Assembly (NCBI GenBank): GCA_903870275.1
Contig: CAIQCK010000103.1
Location: 3,819 to 67,818, forward strand
DNA from: an uncultured bacterium
GTDB lineage: Bacteria > Verrucomicrobiota > Verrucomicrobiia > CAIQCK01
Reading direction: 5' to 3'
Length of the DNA stretch: 64,000 bases
Under the pieces are notes generated by a model, which ran no database searches, was not told where the DNA came from, and was given only the letters and a program-made list of their open reading frames with translations. The position numbers and the translations under genes are program-made. Positions within the stretch are counted from its first letter, which is position 1; every line of letters begins with the position of its first letter. This document shows, piece by piece, positions 27,200 through 36,760 of this stretch.

Positions 27200-29605
27200 A
27201 TGAAGAAGTGGCTGAAGATTCTGTCTGTGGTATTGCTCGGGGCTCTAATGGCAACGGGCGCGTTCTTCGTCGCCAAACCGGCAAGGATGCCGGTGTTCCA
27301 ATCAACTTCTGTTTTCCGGCATTATCACACTTTGTGCGTGCCTTACCGCCGACCACCGGCGCTTGATGCGGCCGAAGCAACCCCCATATTGGAACACGCC
27401 ATCCAGCGAATCCGCCAGCGCCTCTTTAAAGCCCGCAATCGTTTGCCGGCACTGTCGGAAATAGACAAAGCAACAATCAAGGGATGTGACTTCACATATC
27501 GGAAAGGAGACGTCTCCCGCGATGAGACAGGCAAGCGGGTTTTTGATCCGCCGGATTCCTGCTACTTGTCCCTGCATGCCGAATATCCGTTCTGGGAATC
27601 AATGATGCTGTCAGTTGTTCCAAAGGAGTATTCAGTGTATGGGGATTGTTTTGCTGTCTACGCATCGGTAACTACGGAAACCGGTCAGTCCGAGATTTAC
27701 AAAATAATTCAGCAGGAAATGGACCGTGCAGTTGAAGAACTCCAAACGGCGGTCCGGTCCAAAATGCTCAAGGCAGGGGAAGGAATCTTTCTGGCCGTCA
27801 GAACCAGCGACGCCGCAAAGGTGGAGCAGTTCCTGGCCCGCAAACCCGAGTTGGCCAATGCCAAAGACACCCATGGGCTTGCGCCGCTTCATTGGGCACA
27901 AGACACGCGCGTTGCGGAGTTGTTGCTGGCGAAGAAAGCCGATGTTACCGCCAAAGACAACTTCGGTCTCACGCCCCTGCACTGGGCGGTCTATAATGGC
28001 CGCTTCGAACTCGTAAAACTGCTCGTCGCCAACAGGGCCGACATCAACGCCAAAACCACCGATGGCTGGACTCCCACGGACCTCGCCGAGGAACTGTACG
28101 GTGAAGCCGGGAAAGCAACGTCTTTTCTTCTCCAGCACGGCGGAATTCCTGGCCTGCCCGACGCAAGATTGATGGTAGTTCTTAGATGGCTCGACAAAAC
28201 GCACTTGAAGCGAGCGCTGCAAATGAAACCTAATTTCGTTGCCCTGAAGGACGAACAGGGGCGCACCGCACTGCATCACGCAGTTTTATCTCGCAACAGA
28301 GAAGCGGTGGAACTGCTTTTGAACGCCGGCGCGGATCCCAACATCAAGGACAATTATGGAAACACGGCAATATTGACGCCAAATGTCATGGTTGATCCAA
28401 AACTGCTGGAACTGCTGCTGACTCACAAGGCCGACCTCAACGTCATGGACGAGAAAGGCCGGACGCCTCTCGACCGTGCACTACTGGATCATGCATCAGA
28501 AATCGTCGCTCTTCTTCGCAAATACGGCGCCCAGAGAGGAGTAGAACCCCTTCGCAATACCATAATGCAACAAGACATGGGCGAACTGAAAGTATTGCTG
28601 TCATCCCAAACGGTTGACGTCAATAAGAAGGACCGTTATGGCAGTTATCCCGTTCATCTTGCGGTGTTTTACAAAAACATCGAAATGCTGAAGCTGTTGC
28701 TGGATCACAACGCTGATCCCAATGTCAGGGACAAAGAAGGTTATACATTGTTCCAAGTGTTCCTCGGATCCAAAGAAATGATGGCTTTGCTGATCGCCCA
28801 CGGAGCCGATGTTAACGCCAGAGACGGGTGGGGTGCCACGGCGCTTCATCATGCAGTCGGACTTATCAACAACAAGGAAGCCGTAGAGTTCCTCATTGCC
28901 AACAAGGCCGACGTCAACGCTGAAGACAAGAATGGCTGCACACCTTTGGATCGCGCATTTCGGCACAGCTCTAACCCGCATCACAGAATTGTGATTGATC
29001 TTCTTCGAGAGCACGGTGGCATATTCAAGAAATACCAGAAAGAAGCCAGCATCATGGAGTCACACCTCAAGAGACGGCAGTACATAATGGCTGGGATGCC
29101 TCTCTTTCCATACGGTTTAACAAACATAATTATTCGCCCGTTGCCGATAGTCCGCAAAAAAACATCGCTTACTCCTATTCAGGATATGGAGTTGCGGAAC
29201 ATGCCGGATGTGAAGGCCGCCAGCGAAGCACTGTCGGAAACTGGCAAAAAGTCTGCCAACGTGAGAAGAGCGACAATGTCCAAACTGGGATATCACATTG
29301 AGTCTCGCACTAATGGCACGTCGAATGTCGGGACAAGCGTATTCCGTGGGTGGTTTACTGCCGATGGGGAGCGGGTGACGACCAAGCAATTGACGGAATT
29401 CGACGATTTGCCGGACGTGAAGGCCAGTCGTGAAGCCACTGCACAAGCTGGCATGCTATACTGGGCAGTGAGGAGAGCAGCAACGACCACGCTTGTTAAT
29501 CAGACAGGTTATGGCACCAATCGCGCATCATCGGCGATTCAAGCACCGCCGGCGGGATCGGGCACGAATGGAGCGGTGCAGGTGAAGGGGAATGTGATGC
29601 GATGA
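27200..29605 (+). CDS. ankyrin-repeat protein with N-terminal signal peptide/TM and unknown N- and C-terminal domains (low-GC gene)
   Basis: 801 aa. About 10 or more ankyrin repeats (G.TPLHWA..NG....V.LLL..GAD.N). N-terminal hydrophobic segment (ILSVVLLGALMATGAFFVA). C-terminal region has an internal duplication (MPDVKAASEA / LPDVKASREA). GC visibly lower (about 50%). Confidence 0.85.
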   Translation: MKKWLKILSVVLLGALMATGAFFVAKPARMPVFQSTSVFRHYHTLCVPYRRPPALDAAEATPILEHAIQRIRQRLFKARNRLPALSEIDKATIKGCDFTYRKGDVSRDETGKRVFDPPDSCYLSLHAEYPFWESMMLSVVPKEYSVYGDCFAVYASVTTETGQSEIYKIIQQEMDRAVEELQTAVRSKMLKAGEGIFLAVRTSDAAKVEQFLARKPELANAKDTHGLAPLHWAQDTRVAELLLAKKADVTAKDNFGLTPLHWAVYNGRFELVKLLVANRADINAKTTDGWTPTDLAEELYGEAGKATSFLLQHGGIPGLPDARLMVVLRWLDKTHLKRALQMKPNFVALKDEQGRTALHHAVLSRNREAVELLLNAGADPNIKDNYGNTAILTPNVMVDPKLLELLLTHKADLNVMDEKGRTPLDRALLDHASEIVALLRKYGAQRGVEPLRNTIMQQDMGELKVLLSSQTVDVNKKDRYGSYPVHLAVFYKNIEMLKLLLDHNADPNVRDKEGYTLFQVFLGSKEMMALLIAHGADVNARDGWGATALHHAVGLINNKEAVEFLIANKADVNAEDKNGCTPLDRAFRHSSNPHHRIVIDLLREHGGIFKKYQKEASIMESHLKRRQYIMAGMPLFPYGLTNIIIRPLPIVRKKTSLTPIQDMELRNMPDVKAASEALSETGKKSANVRRATMSKLGYHIESRTNGTSNVGTSVFRGWFTADGERVTTKQLTEFDDLPDVKASREATAQAGMLYWAVRRAATTTLVNQTGYGTNRASSAIQAPPAGSGTNGAVQVKGNVMR

Positions 29606-29640
29606 GTGAAGAGTTTGGAAATTCCGGCAACTCTTCACTC
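29605..29640. terminator. bidirectional hairpin terminator (perfect 12-bp stem GAGTGAAGAGTT / AACTCTTCACTC, 12-nt loop)
   Basis: Immediately after the ankyrin gene stop; followed by T-rich TTCATTCTTAACTTTT. Sits between convergent genes (ankyrin +, GT4 -). Confidence 0.6.
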
Positions 29641-29654
29641 TTCATTCTTAACTT

Positions 29655-30734
29655 TTAACTCTTCACTTTCCTTCCCGCCAGCTCCTCGTAGAGATCCTCC
29701 AGCCGCCGGGCCATCCGGTCGAGGCTGAAGCTCTCCACCACGTGCGCGCGGGCGGCGTCGGCGAGACGTTGCGCCAGAGCCCGGTCGCGCAACAGCCGCG
29801 CCACGGCCTCCGCCAGCGCCCCCACGTCGCCCGATTGCACCACAAGGCCGTCGCGCTCGTGCGTGACGATCTCGCGCAGACCGTCCACGTTCGTCACGAC
29901 CACCGGCCGCGCCATCGCCATCGCCTCCAGCACGGCCAGCCCCAATCCCTCCCACAAGGCCGGCAGCACCACCACCGCCGCCCGTGCCAGCACCGGCTGC
30001 ACGTCCGGCACCGTGCCGAGGAAGTTGACGCGGCTGCCGATCCCAAGCTGCCCGGCGCGTGTTTGCAGTTCATCTCGCAGCATGCCGCCGCCGGCCAGTT
30101 CGAGCCGCAGGTCGGGAAACTCGCTCAACAACCGCCGCATGGCCTCCAGCAGGATGCGGTGGCCCTTCTGCTGGGTGAAGTTGGCCACGCAGACGACCGG
30201 CCCGGCCGCCGGCAGCGGTTGCGGCGCGAATTTTCCGCAATCCACGCCGTTGTGAATCACCTCCAGCCGGCGCGCGTGCCGATACTCCGCCGCCACCGCG
30301 CTCGACACCGCCACGACCGCGTCCACGCGCCGCTCCACCCAGCGCCCCACCGGCCGCAGCCGGCGGTCATGCCGGTCGTAATAGCGGACATTGTGCTTGG
30401 TGGAGACAATCGCCCGCGTCCACGCCAGCCGCCCCGCCGCATAACCCAGAATGTCCGCCTGGATCAGATGCGTGTGCAGGACCTCGATCCGCTCCCGCTT
30501 CAGCAACTGCGCCAGCCGCCACGCCGGCCAGGGGTCGAACTTCTGTGTCGAGCGCAGATGGTGAACGCGGATGCCGGCCCGCTCCAGTTCCGCCGCCAGC
30601 GGCGCGTCGCCGTGAAGATAAGCCACCTGCGGCTCGACCTTGGTGCGGTCAAGGCGTGGCAGCACCGTCGTCAACAGGCGCTCGGCGCCACCGACGTTCA
30701 GCTCGGTAATAAAATTCAAGACGCGGCAAGGCAT
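29655..30734 (-). CDS. family 4 glycosyltransferase (GT-B, glycosyl transferase group 1)
   Basis: N-terminal NFITELNVGGAERL and C-terminal E..G....EAMA.G.PVV.T..GG..E motif (GLGLAVLEAMAMARPVVVTNVDGLREIV). Start ATG 30732-30734. Confidence 0.85.
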   Translation of the reverse strand: MPCRVLNFITELNVGGAERLLTTVLPRLDRTKVEPQVAYLHGDAPLAAELERAGIRVHHLRSTQKFDPWPAWRLAQLLKRERIEVLHTHLIQADILGYAAGRLAWTRAIVSTKHNVRYYDRHDRRLRPVGRWVERRVDAVVAVSSAVAAEYRHARRLEVIHNGVDCGKFAPQPLPAAGPVVCVANFTQQKGHRILLEAMRRLLSEFPDLRLELAGGGMLRDELQTRAGQLGIGSRVNFLGTVPDVQPVLARAAVVVLPALWEGLGLAVLEAMAMARPVVVTNVDGLREIVTHERDGLVVQSGDVGALAEAVARLLRDRALAQRLADAARAHVVESFSLDRMARRLEDLYEELAGRKVKS

Positions 30735-31864
30735 TGGTTGATTTCCTGAATCACGCGGTCCACGTCGAGTTGCCGCATGCAGCGGTGTTGAAAGTCGCAA
30801 CGCATCGGCGGGACGGCGGCGCAGTGTTGCTCATTTTCGGCGGCGGAACAAGCCAACATTGTCCACACCACGCGCTCGTTGGGCCAGCGCGGCAGGAAGC
30901 GCGGGTTTGTCGGCCCGTAGATTGCCACCGTCGGCACGCCGAGGCTCGCAACAATGTGCGTCAGTCCCGTGTCGAGTCCGACATAAACGCGGCAGCCGCG
31001 CGCCAGCGCCGCCACCTGGCGCACCGTCAGGTTGACGATCTCCGCCGGGTCGGACGGTCCGCCGACGAGCGCCACGCGCAAACTGCGCGCCCGGAAATGT
31101 CCGGCGACGGCGCGAAAATTCTCCACCGGCCAGAGCTTCAGCGGAAACCCCGCGCCAACGTGCAGGAGGATGTCGTACGCCGGGGGCGCAGCCGTCCCGC
31201 CCGCCGAAAGGGTGAAGTATACCCCTCTCGTAGACGATACCGGATTTGCCCCCCACCCTTGTCCCAAGGGTGGAACGCCGACACTCCCGGCAATTTCATT
31301 CTCGAGATAAATCGCCGGCATCTGGCCGCCCGCGTCCGCGCCGGCCAGTGCCGCCACCGCGTTGTATTTTTCCACCAACGGAATTTGGGAAACCGGCCGC
31401 AGTTCGCGGTCGAACACAAAACCCAATCCCGACCGCGAAAATCCGACGCTCCAACGCGGCCGGGCCAGCGCCGCCAGCGCGCAACTCGCCGGCACGCCGG
31501 TGAAATCCACGAGCAAGTCGCAACCGCGCAGCCGTCGCGCCAGCGCGAACAGTCCGCGCCAATCCGTGCGCGGCTCGCGGGTCCGGTCGTTGCAAAGCCC
31601 GTCGAAGCAAATGATCTCGCGCAGATGCGGATTACCAAGCAGCGCTTCGCGGGCGCGCGATTTGACGACGGCGTCCATGACGGCGTTTGGAAAGCGGCGT
31701 TTGAGCACGGCGATGGCCGGCGTGGCCAAGAACACATCGCCGAGATAATGGAAATGCAGGATGCCAATGCGGCGGACGTTTTCCGGTGTCGGCGCGCGAC
31801 GACCGCGCCGCCGCCACAGCGCGGCGCCGGCGGCGTGAAAGAGACCGGCCAGCAAACGTTTCAT
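30716..31864 (-). CDS. family 9 glycosyltransferase (ADP-heptose:LPS heptosyltransferase-like)
   Basis: RIGILHFHYLGDVFLATPAIAVLKRRFP (GT9 N-terminal signature) and C-terminal VGLDTGLTHIVASLGVPTVAIYGPTNP. Start ATG 31862-31864; the upstream extension of the track ORF runs through the tRNA. Confidence 0.8.
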   Translation of the reverse strand: MKRLLAGLFHAAGAALWRRRGRRAPTPENVRRIGILHFHYLGDVFLATPAIAVLKRRFPNAVMDAVVKSRAREALLGNPHLREIICFDGLCNDRTREPRTDWRGLFALARRLRGCDLLVDFTGVPASCALAALARPRWSVGFSRSGLGFVFDRELRPVSQIPLVEKYNAVAALAGADAGGQMPAIYLENEIAGSVGVPPLGQGWGANPVSSTRGVYFTLSAGGTAAPPAYDILLHVGAGFPLKLWPVENFRAVAGHFRARSLRVALVGGPSDPAEIVNLTVRQVAALARGCRVYVGLDTGLTHIVASLGVPTVAIYGPTNPRFLPRWPNERVVWTMLACSAAENEQHCAAVPPMRCDFQHRCMRQLDVDRVIQEINQCLAAS

Positions 31865-31897
31865 GACGGCTGCAGACTTCACCGCTCGGATGGAAAA

Positions 31898-31972
31898 TGG
31901 TGGGCGCTGTTGGGATTGAACCAACGACCCCTTGCGTGTGAAGCAAGTGCTCTCCCACTGAGCTAAGCGCCC
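31898..31972 (-). tRNA. tRNA-Val (anticodon CAC), CCA encoded
   Basis: Reverse complement GGGCGCTTAGCTCAGTGGGAGAGCACTTGCTTCACACGCAAGGGGTCGTTGGTTCAATCCCAACAGCGCCCACCA folds as a cloverleaf. Acceptor GGGCGCT/AGCGCCC, D-arm GCTC-AGTGGGA-GAGC, anticodon stem CTTGC/GCAAG with loop TTCACAC, T-arm GTTGG-TTCAATC-CCAAC. Confidence 0.85.
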
Positions 31973-32105
31973 AACCGAGGGCCGAAATTTATAATGCAGC
32001 GCGGCGGCGGTTTCAACCGGTAATTTCAACAACGTTTGGAATGGGGGCACATCGCGCTTCACCGACCGCCCTGAAAAGGCGGCGGGCAGCTCATCGGTTT
32101 TCGAT

Positions 32106-33254
32106 TCAGACCGCCGGCAGCGTGAACCAGAACGTGCTGCCCTTGCCGACTTCGCTTTCCACACCGATCTGGCCGCCGTGCGCTTCGATGGCGAGTTTGC
32201 TGAACACCAGCCCCATGCCGACGGTGTATTGACGCAAGTTCTGTTCAACCACGCCGTATTTTTCGAAGATTTTCCCGCGAGATTCGGGGCGAATCCCCGA
32301 TCCCGTGTCGGTCACCGCCACGCGCGCCATGGCATGGTGCCGGCTCACGGTGACACGGATCCGGCCGTTGTCGGGAGACGCCTTGATGGCATTGCCAACC
32401 AGAGCGGCCAGCACCCGTTGAATGATCTCCTTGTCGGCGTTGGCCACGACCGGCTCCAGTTGCAATTCGACGCTCAGAAAACGCTCTTCCACCAGGGAGC
32501 CGATGGATTCCATGACCGCCTGCATCAAGACCGCGAGGTCGTAAGCCTGCCGGTTCAAAGGCAGTTCACCCGCCTCCAGGCGGCTGGCATCCACCAGCGA
32601 GGCAATCATGCCGACCAGCCTCTCCGTGTTCTGACGAATGCTGTCGAAATACCGCACCTCGGTGCTGGTGAGTTTTCCGGCGGTCTTCGCCTTGAGCAGG
32701 TCCAGATAACCCATCATCGCCGCGATCGGCGAGCGCAAATCGTGCGCGATCATATGAACCAGATTGTCGCGGAAGATTTCGAGGTCGCGGAGGTGAGTGT
32801 AGCTCATCTGCAGCTGCTGGTTTTGCTGCTCCAGATTTTCTTGATAGCAGCGGTTGGCTTCCGTCAGGCGCGCGCGCTCGTCTTCGGACGCCTTCAGCCT
32901 GACGGCGTTGCCCACGCAACGCAGGATCGTCTCCTTGGAAATCGGCTTGACGAGGTAGTCGAACGCGCCGGCCCGCACGGCGGCGGCGGCCGTTTCCACG
33001 GCGGGCTGGCCCGTGATCATGATGACCTGAATGCGCGGCGATTCTTTGTGAATGGCTTGCAGGAGTTCCACGCCCGTGATGCGGGGCATCACGATGTCGG
33101 ACACCACCACGTCATAGTTTTTGGACGGGAGCCGTTGCAGCACCGCGACGGTTGCATCCTCCGCTGTTTCCACTTCGTATCCCGCATCCCGCAGAAACTC
33201 TTGCAGCGTCAGGCGGATGCTTTTTTCGTCGTCCACAATCAATATGCGAGCCAT
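32106..33254 (-). CDS. hybrid response-regulator receiver / histidine kinase (REC-HisKA-HATPase)
   Basis: N-terminal REC (ILIVDDE...DVVVSDIVMP...LVKP), H-box MIAHDLRSPIAAM, C-terminal ATPase G-boxes (VTDTGSGI...GMGLVFSKLAIEAHGG). Confidence 0.85.
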   Translation of the reverse strand: MARILIVDDEKSIRLTLQEFLRDAGYEVETAEDATVAVLQRLPSKNYDVVVSDIVMPRITGVELLQAIHKESPRIQVIMITGQPAVETAAAAVRAGAFDYLVKPISKETILRCVGNAVRLKASEDERARLTEANRCYQENLEQQNQQLQMSYTHLRDLEIFRDNLVHMIAHDLRSPIAAMMGYLDLLKAKTAGKLTSTEVRYFDSIRQNTERLVGMIASLVDASRLEAGELPLNRQAYDLAVLMQAVMESIGSLVEERFLSVELQLEPVVANADKEIIQRVLAALVGNAIKASPDNGRIRVTVSRHHAMARVAVTDTGSGIRPESRGKIFEKYGVVEQNLRQYTVGMGLVFSKLAIEAHGGQIGVESEVGKGSTFWFTLPAV

Positions 33255-33266
33255 GCTTTCCTTTCG

Positions 33267-36200
33267 TTAGTCCTTGACGGGCAAATCCAGATGAAACCGC
33301 GTGTATAGCCCTGTTTGTGTCTCAAAGTGCAGTCCCCCTTGATGGTCTTTCGCGATGCCGTGGCTGATGGACAGTCCCAGACCCGTTCCTCCTTTTCCGA
33401 CCTTGGTGGTGAAGAAGGGGTCGAAAACACGGTCGCGGATTTCCCGAGGCACGCCGACCCCCTGGTCTTCAACGGTCAATCGAATCCAACGGCTTCCTTC
33501 CTTCTCCAGCGACCGGGCGGTGACGCGAATCGTCTTGTTTGCATCATGTTTCGGATACTTCTCGTTCAGCGCGTCGCGGGCGTTCGTCAGCAAGTTCAGA
33601 AACACCTGCTGGATTTGCTGGCTGTGGCACTTCACCTTGGGCAGGTCGGGAGGAACGTCCACGGTCAAGGCGATCTGGTCGTGCCGCATCACGGTCTGAA
33701 TGAGCCGGAGGACGGAGTTGACGATGTCGCTCATGTGCGTCCACTCGTGCTGCCGTTTGTCCTGCCGCGAAAAGGAGAGCAGGTTTTGGACGATCTGGGA
33801 CACGCGATCGGTTTCCTTGATGATCTCCGCCGCGTATTCCCGCAGGGGATTGTCCGCCGCCAGCCGGTCCACCATCAACTGCGCGTAGTTCATGATGCCG
33901 TTGATGGGATTGTTGATCTCGTGGGCGACGCCGCCCGCCAGCGTGCCGAGGGACTCCAGCTTTTGCGATTGGCGCAGTTGGGTTTCAAGCTCGGCTTCGC
34001 GCGTCACATCGAGCTTGAGGGCGATGTAGTTGACAATCCGGCCTGCTGCGTCCCGCACGGGGGAGATGGTGGCGTCCTCCTGGTAAAGCGTGCCATCCTT
34101 CTTTTTGTTGATCATGCGGCCATGCCAGACCTCGCCACGCGTGAGTGTCTCCCACATGTGCTGGTAGAACGCGGTGTCGTGTTTGCCGCTTTTGAGAACG
34201 CGCGGGTTCTGGCCAAGAGCCTCGTCGCGCGTGTAGCCGGTGATTTTCTCGAACGCCGGGTTGACATAGAGGATTGTGCCATGGGCATCGGTGATGACAA
34301 TGGTCTCGGCGGCTTGTTCCATGGCCGTGACCAGCCGCAGACGCTCCTCCTCCGCCCGCTTGCGCTCGGTGACGTCTTCCACAAATCCTTCGTAGAAAAG
34401 CACCCTGCCTTGCGAGCCCCGCGTGACGCGCGCGCTGGTGGAAACCCACATCGTGCTGCCGTCCTTGCGGTAGGCGCGGTTTTCAAATCCCCGCACTTCG
34501 CCCCGCTCTTCCAGTTGCCGTTGAAACTCCCGCCGGTATTCAGGGTGCAGGTAAAACTGGCGACCGATGTCCTGAACGGACGCCAGACACTCGGCGGGCG
34601 ACGCGTAGCCGTGCATGGCCGCGAACGCCGGGTTGACCGTGATCAACTTGCCGTCGGGCGTGCTCTGAAAAATGCCTTCCGCCGCGTTCTCAAAAATGCC
34701 GCGGTATTTCTCCTCCGCCTGGCGCAGTGCATCCTCCGTCCGCCGGCGTTCGGAAATGTCCCGGCTGACCCCCACGATGCCGACAAAGGCGTTCGTCTCG
34801 TCGAACATCCCGCTGTAGCCGACCTCGCACCATGCCGTCCAGCCATCCTTGCAGAGGTATTTGAGTTCGAGCGTTTCGCGCACGCGTTTGCCGGTCCGCA
34901 TCTGGGGGATCGTTTCGTCCAACTTCCCGCGAAGCGCCGTGGCGGAAGCCGCCACCAGCACTTGTTCCAAACCGCGCGACAGGACTTCCTCCGCCGTGTA
35001 GCCCAGCAACCGTTGAACCGAGGGACTCACGTAATTCAGCCGGCCCAACGTGTCCAGCGTCCAGATCACGTCGCTGGCGTTGTCGGCCAGCAACCGGAGG
35101 CGCTGTTCGTTCTCGCGCAACGTCTGTTCCATGAGCTTGCGCTCGCTGATGTCGCTCACCGTGCCCATCAGCCGGACCCGTTCGCCCTTTTCGTTGCGCC
35201 CGACGCGCCCCCGGACCGCAATCCAGCGCGGCGGCCGGCCCGGCCGGGCAATCCGGCACTCAAAACTGAGATGATCGGTGAACAGCGCCTGCGCAAAGCA
35301 ACGCTTGACCGGCTCAAGGTCTTCGGGCACGACATGCTTCAGGAGGATTTCGTAATTCCATTGGGATGGCGGGATGTCGTAGCCGAAAATTTGGTCGTGC
35401 CGCAACGTCCGCCAACTGGTGTCGCCGACCAAGTCCAACTCCCATGCACCCATCTGGCCTGCGTCCAGCGCGAGACGGAGCCGTTCCTCGCCTTGCTTCA
35501 ACTTCTCTTCAGCTTGTTTGCGCTCCGTCACGTCGTCGTAAACGGCCACCAACTCGCCCGACGGCAGCTTATAGACGTAATTTTCCCGCCACGAAACACT
35601 GCGACCCTGCTGGCGCAACGCACCGGAGTGCCGCTCGGGCACACCGGTTTTCCAAACGCGCCGGAACACGTCCAGCAACCCCATTTGCTGGACATTCGGA
35701 AACGTCTTGGCGATGCCTTTCCCAAGCAGTGCCTCCTTTTTCACGTTTTCGATCTGCTCGGCTGCCGTGTTAAAATCCTTGAAAATAAAATCCTCGCCGC
35801 TTCCCCGGACTTCGTAAACCGCGACGCCGCTTTTGATTCCGTTGAACAACTCCCGGTATCGTTTTTCGTTCTCGGCCAGTTGTTGCTCCGTTTGCGCGAG
35901 CTGCTTGCGATTCTGCGCCTCCTGCAAGGTCCGCCGCACGGCCGGCCCCAAACGGTTCAGCCTGTGCTTGAGCACGTAATCGGTCGCCCCTTGGTGCAGC
36001 GCGTCAATGGCGGTTTCCTCGCCAAGGTTGGCGGAAACGAAGATGAAGGGCACTTCGGGGCGTTTCTTTCGCGCAAGCTTCAGGGCGGACAGGCCGTCGT
36101 AGGACGGCAGGGAGTAATCGGCCAGAATCAGGTCCAGAGCCGGGTTCCGCAACCCGGCGGCAAAATCCGCCTCCGTCCAGACGCGCCGCACGCTGCACCG

Positions 36201-36356
36201 GATGCCTTCGCGCTTCAGTTCGCGCATCACCAGTTCGGCGTCGGCGGGGCGGTCTTCGAGGTTGAGTATCTGGAGTTCCTCGCTCACGGCTTGGCGGTGG
36301 GAAAGCGCACTCCGGATGGACGTTCCGGCGGCTGGTTCAACAACAGCCAGTAACAT
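33267..36356 (-). CDS. REC-(PAS)n-HisKA-HATPase sensor histidine kinase
   Basis: REC domain ([10 protein letters not shown]...LILADYSLP), about 5 PAS/PAC modules, H-box [13 protein letters not shown], HATPase (DQGVGVP...[10 protein letters not shown]). Possible GTG start at 36285-36287 overlapping the upstream gene stop (GTGA); ATG 36354-36356 is the alternative. Confidence 0.85.
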   Translation of the reverse strand: MLLAVVEPAAGTSIRSALSHRQAVSEELQILNLEDRPADAELVMRELKREGIRCSVRRVWTEADFAAGLRNPALDLILADYSLPSYDGLSALKLARKKRPEVPFIFVSANLGEETAIDALHQGATDYVLKHRLNRLGPAVRRTLQEAQNRKQLAQTEQQLAENEKRYRELFNGIKSGVAVYEVRGSGEDFIFKDFNTAAEQIENVKKEALLGKGIAKTFPNVQQMGLLDVFRRVWKTGVPERHSGALRQQGRSVSWRENYVYKLPSGELVAVYDDVTERKQAEEKLKQGEERLRLALDAGQMGAWELDLVGDTSWRTLRHDQIFGYDIPPSQWNYEILLKHVVPEDLEPVKRCFAQALFTDHLSFECRIARPGRPPRWIAVRGRVGRNEKGERVRLMGTVSDISERKLMEQTLRENEQRLRLLADNASDVIWTLDTLGRLNYVSPSVQRLLGYTAEEVLSRGLEQVLVAASATALRGKLDETIPQMRTGKRVRETLELKYLCKDGWTAWCEVGYSGMFDETNAFVGIVGVSRDISERRRTEDALRQAEEKYRGIFENAAEGIFQSTPDGKLITVNPAFAAMHGYASPAECLASVQDIGRQFYLHPEYRREFQRQLEERGEVRGFENRAYRKDGSTMWVSTSARVTRGSQGRVLFYEGFVEDVTERKRAEEERLRLVTAMEQAAETIVITDAHGTILYVNPAFEKITGYTRDEALGQNPRVLKSGKHDTAFYQHMWETLTRGEVWHGRMINKKKDGTLYQEDATISPVRDAAGRIVNYIALKLDVTREAELETQLRQSQKLESLGTLAGGVAHEINNPINGIMNYAQLMVDRLAADNPLREYAAEIIKETDRVSQIVQNLLSFSRQDKRQHEWTHMSDIVNSVLRLIQTVMRHDQIALTVDVPPDLPKVKCHSQQIQQVFLNLLTNARDALNEKYPKHDANKTIRVTARSLEKEGSRWIRLTVEDQGVGVPREIRDRVFDPFFTTKVGKGGTGLGLSISHGIAKDHQGGLHFETQTGLYTRFHLDLPVKD

Positions 36357-36760
36357 CCCAGTTGCGCGACAGCTTCGGAAAAGTTGTCGAAGTTCACGGG
36401 CTTGACGATGTAGCTGTTCACGCCCAACTCGTAACTGCGTACGATGTCCTGCTCCTCGCGAGAGGAAGTGAGCACCACCACCGGGATGGTCTTCACGGAG
36501 TTGTCGGACTTGAGCTTGCGCAAGACATCCAGACCGTCCACCTTGGGCAGCTTCAGGTCCAACAGGATGATCTTGGGCCGGTTGCGCACCCGGCTGTTTC
36601 CGCCGCGAGGACCAAAGATAAACTCCAGCGCCTCTTCGCCGTCCTTGACCCAGACTAGTTTGTTGGTCAGGTTGCGTTTCTTGAGCGAGCGCATGGCCAG
36701 TTCGGCGTCGCGCGGATTGTCTTCAACCAACAGGATTTGAACTTCGCTATTTGTGCTCAT
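36284..36760 (-). CDS. stand-alone response regulator receiver (CheY-like)
   Basis: [13 protein letters not shown]...[13 protein letters not shown]...NSYIVKP; start ATG 36758-36760 overlaps the stop of the upstream kinase (ATGA). Confidence 0.85.
   Translation of the reverse strand: MSTNSEVQILLVEDNPRDAELAMRSLKKRNLTNKLVWVKDGEEALEFIFGPRGGNSRVRNRPKIILLDLKLPKVDGLDVLRKLKSDNSVKTIPVVVLTSSREEQDIVRSYELGVNSYIVKPVNFDNFSEAVAQLGCYWLLLNQPPERPSGVRFPTAKP

Noticed and set aside
33315-36353. 1012-aa plus-strand ORF antisense to the REC-PAS histidine kinase; similarly 36841-39114 (+) antisense to the giant kinase, 48657-50705 (-) antisense to the giant secreted protein, 24573-25853 (-) antisense to fabF, 19856-21670 (-) antisense to exbB region, 8320-9156 (-) antisense to GDSL hydrolase
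   Set aside because: All are GC-rich shadow ORFs with low-complexity translations, opposite genes that carry clear domain motifs.
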